A DNA stretch of 63,118 bases, counting the filler, from Octopus bimaculoides (lineage: Eukaryota): assembly GCF_001194135.2 (NCBI RefSeq). It is 7 parts of 6 records of this genome, joined end to end, with 100 filler letters (N's around TTAATTAATTAA, not from the genome) between each part and the next. Parts side by side here need not be neighbours in the genome. Positions count along the whole stretch, not along the records: positions 37,724 to 47,282 come from NC_068991.1; positions 47,383 to 59,027 come from NC_068985.1; 5 more parts are not named here. One strand, written 5' to 3'. The notes under the pieces were generated by a model that made no database searches, was not told the origin of the DNA, and saw only the letters and a list, made by a program, of their open reading frames with translations. The stretch's first letter is position 1. Every line of letters begins with the position of its first letter. The position numbers and the translations under genes were made by a program. Positions 38,196 through 51,575 of the stretch are shown here, piece after piece.

Positions 38196-39072
38196 TATAC
38201 TACACTTTATATATATATATATATATGTATATATATAAATATGTATGTATGTTGCGCGAGCATATGCCCAACCATTCGCGAGCGTTTATATCAGCGAATT
38301 ATTTCATTATAGACTTTATCATCGCCGCATGAACGATATTCCCATATACACTCCATTCCTCTAAAAATAATGATTACTCGGCAGAACATGAAGTTCTGAC
38401 AATTTTCTCAATTAATTTCCACGTAAAATTCTGACAGATTCCGCTAATCGTGAGAATAAGTTTTCTTTATTAATTTTCATTAAAATGCTTCATTTATTAT
38501 AAGCAGATGATAAATATAATCTTCTTTAACCTCTTAACTTTAGCAAGCTTGATTTGTTTGCAGACATAACAACTTGAAATATTCGGTGTCAGAAAATTGG
38601 ATTTTGTCAATGGAAAGCCATTTTCACATATTTTAAATAATAACCTCGATATATTGGGTATTTCTCGAGTTTTGTTGTTTTATAAATTTTATTTATGATA
38701 TTACTTTATTTATTATTATTTTTTTATTTTTATTTTAGTTGTTTCGATGTTTAGGCTGCGGCCAGGCCGAGGGACCGTCTCGAAGGGTTTTCGACGAACG
38801 AATCGACCCACTTCTTTTCTCTAAGCCTTTTATTTATTCTGTTGGCCTCTTTTGCCGTAGTGATTAGTTACGACGACGTAAACAAACTAATATATACTGA
38901 GAATTTACGGAAAAGATAAAAGACGAAGACGGGTGTGTAAACAACAAACATGTATTAGTTTAACGCTCGGGAAGAAAGAAGGTGTTTTACGAATCGAGCC
39001 TACGCTCTTCAACAGAAAGGAACACAGAAATAAACAGAGAAAGGTTTAGTGGCTAGTGATCTATCATGGCGA

Positions 39073-39111
<39 letters not shown>

Positions 39112-39382
39112 NNNNNNNNNNNNNNNNNNNNNNNNNNNNNNNNNNNNNNNNNNNNNNNNNNNNNNNNNNNNNNNNNNNNNNNNNNNNNNNNNNNNNNNNN
39201 NNNNNNNNNNNNNNNNNNNNNNNNNNNNNNNNNNNNNNNNNNNNNNNNNNNNNNNNNNNNNNNNNNNNNNNNNNNNNNNNNNNNNNNNNNNNNNNNNNNN
39301 NNNNNNNNNNNNNNNNNNNNNNNNNNNNNNNNNNNNNNNNNNNNNNNNNNNNNNNNNNNNNNNNNNNNNNNNNNNNNNNNNN

Positions 39383-39442
<60 letters not shown>

Positions 39443-39469
39443 TTAGTAATAATAATAATAATAATAATG

Positions 39470-39678
39470 GTTTTAAATTTTTCCACAAGGGCAGCAATTT
39501 TGATGGGAGGGGCTGATTCGATTCCATTGACACTAGTATTAATCTGCTACTTATTTTATCGACCCCGAAAGGATAAAAGGCAAAGTCGACCTCGTCAGAA
39601 TTTGAACTCAGAATGTAGCGACGGGTGAAATGCCGCGCTAAGCATTTTGTCCGGCGTGCTAACAATTCTGTCTACTAG
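39470..39678 (-). mobile_element. family A SINE
   Basis: Matches family A (atcgaccccgaaagg..gtcgacctcg..aatttgaactcagaa..ccggcgtgctaac); flanked by (AAT)n. Confidence 0.8.
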
Positions 39679-39698
39679 CCAATAATAATAATAATAAC

Positions 39699-39751
<53 letters not shown>

Positions 39752-40855
39752 TGATGATGATGATGATAATAATAATGATGATGATGATGATGATTTCTGA
39801 GCAAAACATCCATATCTACTTCTATAAGTAGACCCACGGGTGAAAAATAAAATGAAGAACAGCCATTATCTGCTTTGAAATTTGATACAACATAGAAAGC
39901 AAGTGGTATAATTACCAAATTCGGAAATCTTTAAAGTAAAGAAACAAGAATATAAAAAAACAAACAAACAAGATGGAAGGAAAGAATATTTAATCTAAAA
40001 CAAAATATATTCGAATAAAATTCAATGTTAATATATTTATTAAAAAATAGTAACAAAAGATACCGGGAAAGTTAAGTTTTCTAATAAAAATCAGACAATA
40101 CATAAATATCAATATTACATATCTGTACCAATATTAACTATTCTTTTAGAGAAGAAGAAAAGACAAAAAGGGCGCACGCGCACAAACACACAGCACATCA
40201 TAGCACAACAACCCCCGAAAGTAAAAAATAAAGATAATAAACTAGTTGCTTATAAAATCAACCAATAATCGCAATATATATTTATTGTACGCTCTCTATG
40301 AAAGGAGGCGAGATAAATAAAAGTCATCAAACAATGGCGGAGACAAACTGTTATTAATAAATTGAAAAGATGCGTAACAAAACCGAGTATTGATAAATGA
40401 AAGCTAAGAAGTAGAACAATGGATGTCATTGTTAGCATGAATTTAACCTAAAAGCAAACGTGCTAAGAATTTAAAGCAATATTGAATATCAATGACGGGA
40501 TTAAACTGTTATGGAGGTCACCTTGATAGCGGTCAGATATCGTATTGTTTTTGAGCAGGCTTATGAGATTCGCAACAAAATGATTACCGATGTGTCGATG
40601 TGATAAAAACATGGCGACATAGGAGATTAGGTGCAAAATACGAAATTAGAAACCGGCTTATAAACACGATCCTTGCGCTGTATTAATGTGTACGCAGGCG
40701 AAAAGCACGGATATATTCGAACGATATATTAACACTTAACTAAGGAAATATGTATAAGTACCCGCGAACACATATGTATGTATAGGTATACATATACATG
40801 CATGTATCAATGTGTATGTGTATTTACATATATATATATATATATATATATATGC

Positions 40856-40893
<38 letters not shown>

Positions 40894-40978
40894 TTAGAGA
40901 GAAAGAGAGAGAAAGAGAGAGATAGAGAGAGAGAGATACACACACATATATTATATATGTGTATATGTACATATATAT

Positions 40979-41345
40979 ATATAAATACAGTGTACATTTA
41001 AACACATAACAGGTATCCATCATAGGATTCCCTCACGCTAGAAAGAATAGCTAAGTTCCAAGCCACTATTAGGGATAAAATTCCGAAGGGAATGAAAAAT
41101 AAAAACATTTACCATCTAGTTCCTGGACCAATGGTTTCTGACATATTTTAGCAAATAAAATAATTTGCCGGGCGAAGTCTTCATCAGCAGGTACACCCAG
41201 ATTAAAGATATATACACGAGGCAATCCAGTATATGCCCCATGCTTATACATTCTCATTTTTCAAATCTACCGCGCAAGCGCAGTTCCTTGAGGGAATCCT
41301 ATGATGGATACCTCTTATGTATTTAAATGTACACTGTATTTATAT
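40979..41345. mobile_element. inverted-repeat cassette (~57-bp arms, 253-bp loop); MITE-like or Penelope-derived
   Basis: 40988-41035 vs the reverse complement of 41289-41336 differ at 2 of 48 positions; TA|CAGTG..CACTG|TA ends, with pairing extending about 9 bp further out. Confidence 0.8.
41122..41191 (-). ncRNA. type-I hammerhead ribozyme motif with intact core
   Basis: Minus strand: CCTG-CTGATGA-A-GAC..(GCAAAT/ATTTGC hairpin)..GTC-A-GAAA-CC(ATT)GG-TC-CAGG. All conserved core bases are present, with a GUC triplet; predicted cut between +41126 and +41125. Confidence 0.7.
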
Positions 41346-41681
41346 GAATAATATATAGTCTATTGACTAAATTTTTACACGCTAGGCCACTGGTAGTAGA
41401 AATTTCTAATATTTCTAATTAACATTCGATATTATTAAATATTGATAATTTTTCTGGATAATTTTCGAATCTAACGCCGGCATTTTTATTTACTGCCGAC
41501 AAGGAGCTGTGTTACTCATTTGTCGAGCGTTTTTGATTTTCCGATTGCATGCAAATGATTACAGGCAGTTTTCTGGCTAACTTGAAGTTCTTTTGTTAGT
41601 TTGCGAGTGGTTTTACGTAGATCTTTCTCAATGACGGTCTTTAATTGACCGTCATCGATGATAGATAGGCGTCCATTACGC

Positions 41682-41880
41682 TCACGAAACTTCAGGGCTT
41701 AGGTCTCCACTGCGAAATTGTTTAAGCCATTTTTGAGGTGACCACTCACTGGTTATTTTCTTGCAAAACGTTTCGTTGATATCACGAGCAGTTTCAGCTG
41801 CTTTACGTCCTTTTATGAAGTTGAGTAGCAAAATTGCTCGAATGCCGCACTTTGACAGTTCTATTTCAGATGATTGTAAC
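41682..41880 (-). mobile_element. mariner transposase N-terminal remnant
   Basis: IRAILLLNFIKGRKAAETARDINETF..QKWLKQFRSGDLS, a mariner HTH signature. Confidence 0.75.
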
Positions 41881-42240
41881 AAAGGTGAAAAAAATATCAA
41901 TGTTAATTTATTGATGTATTTGGGCAAGTCTATGTCTCTATTATTAAACAACTGAAAGAAAATGTCTAAGAAGAATTCAAACCTCTGCAAAAATCCGGTA
42001 CAAATTCTTCGTAGTTCAAAACGTTGCTTACTAATTGCTCAGCCTGAAGAATTGCTCAGCCTGCAGAATACAGACAGGAGAAAAGTTCATATCTTTTTCG
42101 AGAGGTTGGTTCGTACTTCCGTAAAAGTATAGGCCCTTAGGTATAATCCCAAGAAGATCGAGGCAGTATTTTGGCAGTATTTTGAATGATGCGTTCATGT
42201 TGATTAAGCTGTTAGCTAGTATGTAAATGATCCACGTGGG

Positions 42241-42282
<42 letters not shown>

Positions 42283-42921
42283 NNNNNNNNNNNNNNNNNN
42301 NNNNNNNNNNNNNNNNNNNNNNNNNNNNNNNNNNNNNNNNNNNNNNNNNNNNNNNNNNNNNNNNNNNNNNNNNNNNNNNNNNNNNNNNNNNNNNNNNNNN
42401 NNNNNNNNNNNNNNNNNNNNNNNNNNNNNNNNNNNNNNNNNNNNNNNNNNNNNNNNNNNNNNNNNNNNNNNNNNNNNNNNNNNNNNNNNNNNNNNNNNNN
42501 NNNNNNNNNNNNNNNNNNNNNNNNNNNNNNNNNNNNNNNNNNNNNNNNNNNNNNNNNNNNNNNNNNNNNNNNNNNNNNNNNNNNNNNNNNNNNNNNNNNN
42601 NNNNNNNNNNNNNNNNNNNNNNNNNNNNNNNNNNNNNNNNNNNNNNNNNNNNNNNNNNNNNNNNNNNNNNNNNNNNNNNNNNNNNNNNNNNNNNNNNNNN
42701 NNNNNNNNNNNNNNNNNNNNNNNNNNNNNNNNNNNNNNNNNNNNNNNNNNNNNNNNNNNNNNNNNNNNNNNNNNNNNNNNNNNNNNNNNNNNNNNNNNNN
42801 NNNNNNNNNNNNNNNNNNNNNNNNNNNNNNNNNNNNNNNNNNNNNNNNNNNNNNNNNNNNNNNNNNNNNNNNNNNNNNNNNNNNNNNNNNNNNNNNNNNN
42901 NNNNNNNNNNNNNNNNNNNNN

Positions 42922-42958
<37 letters not shown>

Positions 42959-44168
42959 ATATGTACACATATATATATATGGATTCTTGTATCTCAATAT
43001 GCATGCGCATGCGTGTGTGCTTGTGTGGTTTAGGATAAGTGTATACGCAAAAAGTATTAGAAGGATGAATATGTAAATGTAAATATCATTATCTACATCA
43101 GACTATCGTATATTTAAATATGTTTATAAATTTATGATAAACATACCAGAGTTTGTACTTTTTATTACAAAGGCAGGCTTACATATTACCGATACTATAC
43201 GTTGATACACTGGCAAGTAAGCAAATAGACATGCAGACACACCCAGAAACAAACAAACAAACTTACATACGAATACATACACGTACACGTGTACACGTAT
43301 TCACGCGCAGACAATTTGCATAATGAGCCATGTAAATATTCTTGCTTACATCCGTGGGTATACATATATCATCATACATAAACATGGAAATATTAGAATT
43401 AGATGAATGCTATCCATTGCACGCGTATGTATATATACATATAATACATCCATACATACATACATGAATGTATGTACGTATTACGGATATGTGCGCACGC
43501 TTCAATGTTGTACGTTACTTTATAAAATATGTGTCTGCTTCTATGCATATATGCAACGAGTAAACTTGACAAATTTTCCTCTCAATAAAAAAGATAAAAT
43601 GACGGAAAAAGTCTTTATATCGAGAAAAATATTTTCAGTTGTTTTATGTCTTTATTTGTGTTTTTCGTATTAATTTATGAATTTTCGTATTATTTTTCTA
43701 GTTTTTGCTATTGTTGATGTTATTATTATTATTATTATTATTGATATTTTTTTCATTTTATTGTTAATATTGTTATTACTATAGCTAGTGTGGTTTTGTA
43801 TTACAATAATGTTTTTGTTTCTAAATTTTACTTGTTATTTCCATTATATAACGAAATTTCCTGTATTAGAATTAAGGTGATTATCATCATCATCATCATA
43901 ATCATACACCTCTTCCATTTCCTCCTCCTCTTCTTCTTCTTCTTCCTCTTCCTTCTCCTCCTCCTCCTCCTCCTCCTCCTCCACGTCATCATCATCATCA
44001 TCATCATCAACATCGTCAACTACATAATCATCATCGTTATCGTCCACGTGGTGGTGGTCGTCATCCGTTTCTTCCCCTGTTCCTCCTCCTACTGTCCCCT
44101 CCCCTCATCCTAATCTCCCCCCTCCTCCTCCTCCTCCTCCTCATCATCATCATCATCACCGCCGCCGC

Positions 44169-44211
<43 letters not shown>

Positions 44212-44740
44212 GTCGTCGTCATTTCCCCCTTTTGGTTGCGGCCCGTATGGCAAATAAAGACGCGATTATTTACATAGTCATTTTAACCATTATTTATTTA
44301 TTTATTTATGTATTTATTATTTACACGTATGTGTAAATATTCTCAGAATGGAATGCATACATGCACGATTTCGCACTTTTCATTCGGAAGTGTGTATGTG
44401 AGAGTGGAGTGTGCTTTGTGACTGGAATTTGTCAATTTTTCGCATTATACATTTACAATTACATTAACACTGCAAGACGGATACGAACGACGGCAGGGAA
44501 GAAAAAAAAAAGAAATAAAGAAACAAAAAATAAAAGAACAAAAACAAAAGCAAAAACGAAACAAGAAACTACAACAGCCGCGACAACGGCGACCACAACG
44601 ATGATAAATATTAAGATCGAGCTAAGGACAGCAACTACATCAAAAGCCAATAGCGATAACAACATCAATAACAGCCACAAGAATGGCCGCGAGAAAATCA
44701 TGAACGCCACAGCAACAGCAATAATAATAATAATAATAAT

Positions 44741-45360
44741 CCTTTCTACTAAAGGCACGAGGTCTGAAATTTTGTGGGAGGAGACTGGTCGATTACATCG
44801 ACACCAAATGTTTCACTGGTACTTATTTAATCGATCCTAAAAGGATGAAATGCAAAGTCTACCTGGGCGGAATTTGAACTCAGAACGTAGCAGCAGACGA
44901 AATACCGCTAAGCATTTCGCCCGGCGTGCTAGCGATTGAGCCAGCTCGCCGCCTTCGTAATCATAATAATAATAGTAATCCTTGCCTGAAATCTGTGGGA
45001 GGTGTTATCGTCAATTACATCGATCTCAGTACTCAACTGGTACTTAATTTATCGACCCCGAAAGGATAAAAGCAAATGCTACCTGGGCGGAATTTGAACT
45101 CAGAACGTAGCAGCAGACGAAATATCGCTAAGCATTTCGCCCGGCGTGCTAGCGATTCAGTCAGCTCGCCGTTTTCATAATCATAATAATAATAGTAATC
45201 CTTTCTACTATAGGCACAAGGCCTGAAATTTGTGGGATGGGTCATCGGCAATTACGTCGACGCCAGAACTCACCTAGTACTTAATCTATCAACCTCGAAA
45301 GGACAAAAGGCAAAGTCTACCTCGGCGGAATTTGAACTCAGAACGTAGTTTATCGCCTTC
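44741..45360 (-). mobile_element. three tandem family A SINE copies with an exact 220-bp period
   Basis: Identical 24-bp junction taatcataataataatagtaatcc at 44958 and 45178; shared variant acctgggcgg at about 44860 and 45080. Confidence 0.85.
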
Positions 45361-46178
45361 AAAATAATAATAATAATAATAATAACAATAATAATAATAA
45401 TAATATCTATTTTTTCTTTCCCTCTCTCTATATCTCTTCTACTAGCTGTTTTTTATTTATTTTCTTTCTGTGTTGTTGTTGCTGGTGGTGGTGGTAGTGG
45501 TGGTGGTGAGGGGAGTTGGGTGCCCATCACTTATAAAATGCCCCAATACCTTGCGCAAGACCTATCCGCTAACAGTTAAGCCTGACTCCTTCGCGAAATC
45601 AACAGGAAAAGAGTGGGAAAAGGCGAGTATCTGGCACCTTCCAATAACCACTGCTCCGGGTAGGCTATAGTCGTTAGGTTTGGATGCCAAGCGTAGGAGA
45701 AGGAAACCAGAGGAGCAAGGCTCCTGCCACCTTGGCACACTACCTTTATAGAGATGGTGCCACAATAAAAAATACAGGTTGTTAGTAACCTAAAAACACA
45801 CCTCATTTGTGAGTGAAAATGCCAAGCAGAATAGATAATGATAATGTCATTAAGTTCAGGCCTTTCTCAAAATTTACCGACAAAGAGCGCGTTCCTTTAT
45901 CGAGCATTATGATGTTTTATTTATCAGCCATCTTTGAATAATCACAGAAAATTGCAAAATATTTGTCTTTGCCGAAAGCAGTTTAAATTCAAAAATTATT
46001 TAAGCGCACCCCCTGCAAAACAGGGGTCGTTTCTACACAAAAATACTATCTGCAGTAACCAGACAATCTTAAAAATGTAATGGTAACAGTAAAAATTAGA
46101 AGACGAGACCTTAGAAAAGATTATAAACACTTTTTCAACTTACGGATTCCCGTGACTTCACAATATGGCGGCAGTAAT

Positions 46179-46259
<81 letters not shown>

Positions 46260-46304
46260 AATAATAATGATAATAATAATAATGATGATGATGATGATAA
46301 AGAT

Positions 46305-46510
46305 TTCTCTATTTCTAGCATAGGCACAAGGACTGAAATTTTGGAAGAGGGGCAAGGTCGATTCTACTATTCTTGTCTGTTATTTCATTGATCTCGAAAG
46401 GTTGAAAGGCTGAGTTGACCTCAGCTGAAATTTGAATGCAAAGACAGATGAAATGCCGTTCACCATTTTATCGGGCATGGTAACAACGATTCTACCTGGC
46501 CGCCACCTTA
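46305..46510 (-). mobile_element. degenerate family A SINE
   Basis: taggcacaaggactgaaatt..gaaagg..cagatgaaatgccg..cgccacctta, between (AAT/GAT)n tracts. Confidence 0.7.
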
Positions 46511-47619
46511 GTAACACTAACGACGCTGCTGCTGCTACTGCTGCTGCTGCTGATGATGATGATAATGATGATGATGATGATGATGATAGTGATAATTGTA
46601 ACAACAACAAAACAATAATAATAATAGTATTAATGATGATGATAATGATGACGATGATGATGATGATGATGATAATGATTATCCTTTCTACAATAGGCAC
46701 AAGGTGTGAAATTTTAGGAGAGGGTTATAATCGATGATGATGATAGCACAAAAACAATAAATATACTAACAACAACAACAGCAACAACAACAATAACAAC
46801 ATGTAACTCCAGCAATGGCCGTGACGAAATCATGAACAAGAACAACACTGACAATAATAAAAAAATAAAAGCATCAATATCGTCAAAAATAATAACAATA
46901 ATAACAAAAACAACATTCACAAGTAACAACAAACAGCAGGAACAGCAGTAGTATCGATATCATCAATAAACTAGATAGATAATTACAACAACAACAGCGG
47001 CAGCAATATTAGCAACTTCGATAATAACAAGAAGAAGAAAGAAGCAACAACGACGACGAGGCGTACATCAGAGACTTGAAACAAATGTAAGTTTAACTTG
47101 GAAAAATGGCATCCATAACGAGAAAAAAAAAAGAAATAATAAAGCGAAAATGACAGCGTTGAGAATAAAGATATGTGAATGAAATTATGAAATGGACCAA
47201 AGAAACATGACCACCACCGCCGACGCGACCACCACTGTCACCGCAACCGCCGTCACCTCTAAACAACATCAGCCCCCCCCCCNNNNNNNNNNNNNNNNNN
47301 NNNNNNNNNNNNNNNNNNNNNNNNNNTTAATTAATTAANNNNNNNNNNNNNNNNNNNNNNNNNNNNNNNNNNNNNNNNNNNNATGAATGGGGCAAAGACT
47401 TATTTATACAAAATTGCACATTGTATAGATGTTAACTTCATTGAACATGGCTAACTGAGTGGACGAGCCTATACAACTTATTATCACTTCACCCCCTCCC
47501 GCTTTCTCCCACCCTCTCCCTTTACCCCTCCTTCTTCGCATTCTATCTGACTCTCCTGCTTTTGCAGCATCATCTAGTTTGATCTCTCTATATCATGAGT
47601 GCGTGCGTATTTATATATG

Positions 47620-47662
<43 letters not shown>

Positions 47663-47729
47663 TTATATATATATACACATACATTACATACACACATACT
47701 TTACATACATACATATATGTGTATGTGCA

Positions 47730-47760
<31 letters not shown>

Positions 47761-47816
47761 AGCCGTTTCTAGCTCTCACTCTCTATCTCTTCTCTCTCTA
47801 TCTCTTCTCTCTCTAT

Positions 47817-47885
<69 letters not shown>

Positions 47886-48829
47886 TTCTATTTACAAAGG
47901 AAAATAAATATAGACGTCTACGTTTACATACATACATCGAACCTAAAAAATATGTTTCTGAATTGAAAATAATTACCTCTTTTTCACATAGTTGTTCATC
48001 TCCCACTCATCTATCTTCCTTCGTACCTTGCTATCTCTCTAATTAGCACTCCATCATTAGTGCCACTATTTCTTTAATTCACTCCACCACCACCAGAGTA
48101 GCACCCTACACTTTCTATCCCTCTTTTCATCCTCTTTCTCCTCTCTCTTTATAACTCACCCCTTCACTCCTCTCTCTGTGACACAGATTCACTCATACTT
48201 CAGCTATTTTCGTTTTTTATCTTCATCTATCTTTCAGTTCCGAACCCTAACCATCACAGAACCCACCCTTCTCCTACGACCATTTTATTCTCTCGTTTCT
48301 TCTGTCCCCTTCGTGGCCGGTCACAATTTTTTTTTCTTTATCCTCTACTAAACAGTAACGTCTTAATGAAAATGACAATAATAAGTCATATGACAACGGA
48401 CGGGCAACAAGAACATCAACAATAATATTAACAAGAATAATAAAAGCCCTTATATGAGAAATAGAAAATTATTATAATTAACTAAAAATAAAGTGACATA
48501 ATATATATAGAAATATAAACACTGTAAATAAAATAATAAGGAAAGACAACTCTGGACAAGTGAAAGACCCGTGAAATTGAAAGAAAGAAAGAAAAATAAG
48601 AACAATGATAAACTATATCAAACATATAAAAAAATGGAGGAGACTAATTCTATACCTAACCATAAATGCTTTCCGTTAGAAACGCCCTCCCCCCCAATAA
48701 AACAAGGGTTAAACAAGAAGAAAATAATAGAAACATTAACCGATATGTGTATGGGCGTGAAGCTAACAAAAAAAAAAAATTAAGCTATAGAACATATTGC
48801 ATATGTGCATATATGTATANNNNNNNNNN

Positions 48830-48865
<36 letters not shown>

Positions 48866-49640
48866 GTACACACACGTGTATAATAAGAGTAAAAAAATAC
48901 CTCGATGAAAATCCCAAACGAGAATTCAACGAAGAAAGAATCTTTGGCATTCATTTTGTGTCTATTCATTAACATTCATTACTTGACCATGCCAAAGCAA
49001 TGACTGATTCTAAATATATTGACGACCAAACAATGTAAAATATAAGCTAAATGAATCCACATCACTATTTTCGCATTACCATTATTTTATTTATTTATTT
49101 ATCTATGTATTTATTCTTCAAATGATCACGAACGTTTTTAACAAGAATGTTCGAGTGAAGAATATTGTGAAATAGGAGCACACATACACACGCACTCTCC
49201 TAACTCCACACATTCGGATAGGCAGATGAAAGGAAGAACTATTGAATACATGTAGCTCAGTTTATGCGTTTGAAGCTGGTAATCCGTTTCCTCTCTACTT
49301 AGAATTTAATGAATGCATTCTGGTCACTTTACATACAACCTATCGTCGTCGACTGCTATCTATAGTAAGGTTTCATTGGAACCTGTTATTTTTCTCACCG
49401 GCTGAAGAGACGAATAGTTGCTGAAAAATCTGGGTATCTCGGAAATTCACCTCCAGTTAAACAGACGCATATTTTCTTTATATGAATATTTTGTAGGTCA
49501 TTGTCTCCCGTTACTTACTTCACATAAATGTTGGTCATAGCCCCAACTAATCTTCCCGGGGCCGACCAATGCTTTGTGAAACTGAGCGGAAGTCCGTTGT
49601 ATATATACATTGTATACATATATATATGTGTGTGCGTGTG

Positions 49641-49680
<40 letters not shown>

Positions 49681-49849
49681 TGACGTCAATAACACATTTG
49701 ATCATTGGTCTACTGGACCGTGGCTAACTTGGGACTAAACAATAACAACAATAATAAAAGAAACATTGTAGAAATTAAGAAAACGATTTTGATGATGATG
49801 ATGATGATGTTAGTGGTAATGGTATTGATGGTGGAAATGATGGTAATAT

Positions 49850-50369
49850 TGGTTTCAAATTTTGGCATGAGACCAACAATTTCAGGGGAGAGTTAAATCG
49901 ATAAAATCGATCACAGTACTCAGCTGGTACTTATTCTATTGACCCCGAAAGGGGAAAGGCAAAGTCAACCTCCTGAACACAGAGTGTAAAGACGGCCGAA
50001 ATGCCGCGGAGCATTTTATCCGGCGTGCTATCGATTCTGCCAGCTCATCATCTTAGTAATAATAATAAGAAAAATCATTTCTGCTATAGGTACAAGGCCT
50101 GAAATTTGGGGGGAGGGGAGTTGTCGCTAAGTATTTTGCCCGGCGTGCTAACTATTCTTTTCTACTCTAGGCACAAGGCCCGAAATTTGTGGGGAGGAGG
50201 CTAGTCAATTAGATCGACCCCACAACGCAACTGGTACTTAATTTATCGACCCCGAAAGGATAAAAGGCAAAGTCGACCTCGGCGGAATTTGAACTCTGAA
50301 CGTAAAGACACGAAATACCGCTAAGCATTTCGCCCGGCGTGCTAGCGATTCTGTCACCTCGCCGCCTTG
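49850..50369 (-). mobile_element. cluster of three family A SINE copies (the middle one truncated)
   Basis: Repeated ggcacaagg/gtacaagg..gaaattt..ggggagg and ccggcgtgcta motifs. Confidence 0.8.
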
Positions 50370-51289
50370 TGTAATGATAATAATAATACTTTTCTATGGA
50401 AGAATATTAATTATAATTGTAAATCATAAAAAAAAAACTTACAACAATTATAATATTAACACAGTAATAATTAATCTTTATCATAATTAGCACTGTGTTA
50501 TTGAAAGTAGACAAAGAAGAGAAGCCAGATGAGGAGGTAGAAGTGCACAAAATGCTGGCAATGTTGATATCGATGAAGATGATGGTGATGATGATAGTGG
50601 TGGTGGCTATGGTGATGTGATGCGACGTAAGGAGTGATGTGGTTGGTAGGCAAAAAGGCAACAAACAACGCAAGAGGAAAAAAAAAACTGCCCGAAAATG
50701 TAACTAATAACACTACGACACCCTCAAAAACCCACCACAACCACCTCCACTATCGTCATCCTTAACACAGCCTCCGATACCTTCTACTCATCTATCGCAC
50801 ATAACATGACGGATTAGATCATTGATCTAATGTCTTAAAATCTTTCTCTAATGTAAGAGTGGGGGGAAGCCTCACTGATTAACGTTTCCTCGCTCCTTGT
50901 TACATTGGTGTTAGCAATGAATTGGCAAATCGTTTTCCTTGCGGATGGCAACCCTACGTAATTTCTCTCGGTCATTTTATCATACATAACGATTGGTTAA
51001 ACAAAAAGCTCGCCATCCAATTAAACGTCAGTGAAAATATTTTAATTTCATCAAGTAACAAAACACTCTCTATCCATTATTACTTTCTCGCAACGTCATC
51101 TAGAGAAAGTCTTCTGTTTTTCTTCATTACATTACATCGCTTTCCCTTGCCACGCCATCTTTATATTTTAATTATAATATTTTTAATTGTAATTATTGTT
51201 ATTGTCTTTGTGGTGAAGTAGGCAGAAATATTAGACTGCCGGACTAATTGCTTCTGTCTCTTCAGGATTTAATTACGCTGTTTAATTAT

Positions 51290-51515
51290 TGTTATGTTCT
51301 GAGTGAAGAAGGTGGCGAGCCGGCAGACTCATCGGAGCGAGAGAAAATCGCATTTCTTCCGGCTCTTAACGTTTTAAGTTCAAATTCCACCGAAGTCAAA
51401 TTTGTCTTTCATCTTTTCGGGGTCGATAAAATAAGTACCAGTTGAGTATTTGGTCGATGTAAGTGACTTCCCCGCCCATCAAAATTGCTGGTCTTGTGCC
51501 AAATTTAGAAAGAAT
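51290..51515 (+). mobile_element. family A SINE
   Basis: aaggtggcgagccggcagactc..agttcaaattccaccga..cttgtgccaaatttagaaagaatt. Confidence 0.7.
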
Positions 51516-51575
51516 TATTATATATATATATTATATTCTGCGTGAAGAAGGCCGTAAGCTATCACAATCGTGTTA

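Noticed and set aside
38960-39030. Minus-strand TTGAAGAGCGTAGGCTCGATTCGTA resembling a minimal hammerhead
   Set aside because: GAAA is not present and C3 is changed; too decayed to call.
44347-44500. Cys-containing frame (RKCVCESGVCFVTGICQ) as Argos exon 3
   Set aside because: The Cys-rich frame is out of phase with the phase-0 donor at 37079 when the ttctcag acceptor is used; the in-phase frame stops after 24 codons.
44741-45360. Regularly spaced repeats as a CRISPR-like array
   Set aside because: Units are 220-bp SINE copies without unique spacers, in a eukaryotic context with no cas genes.
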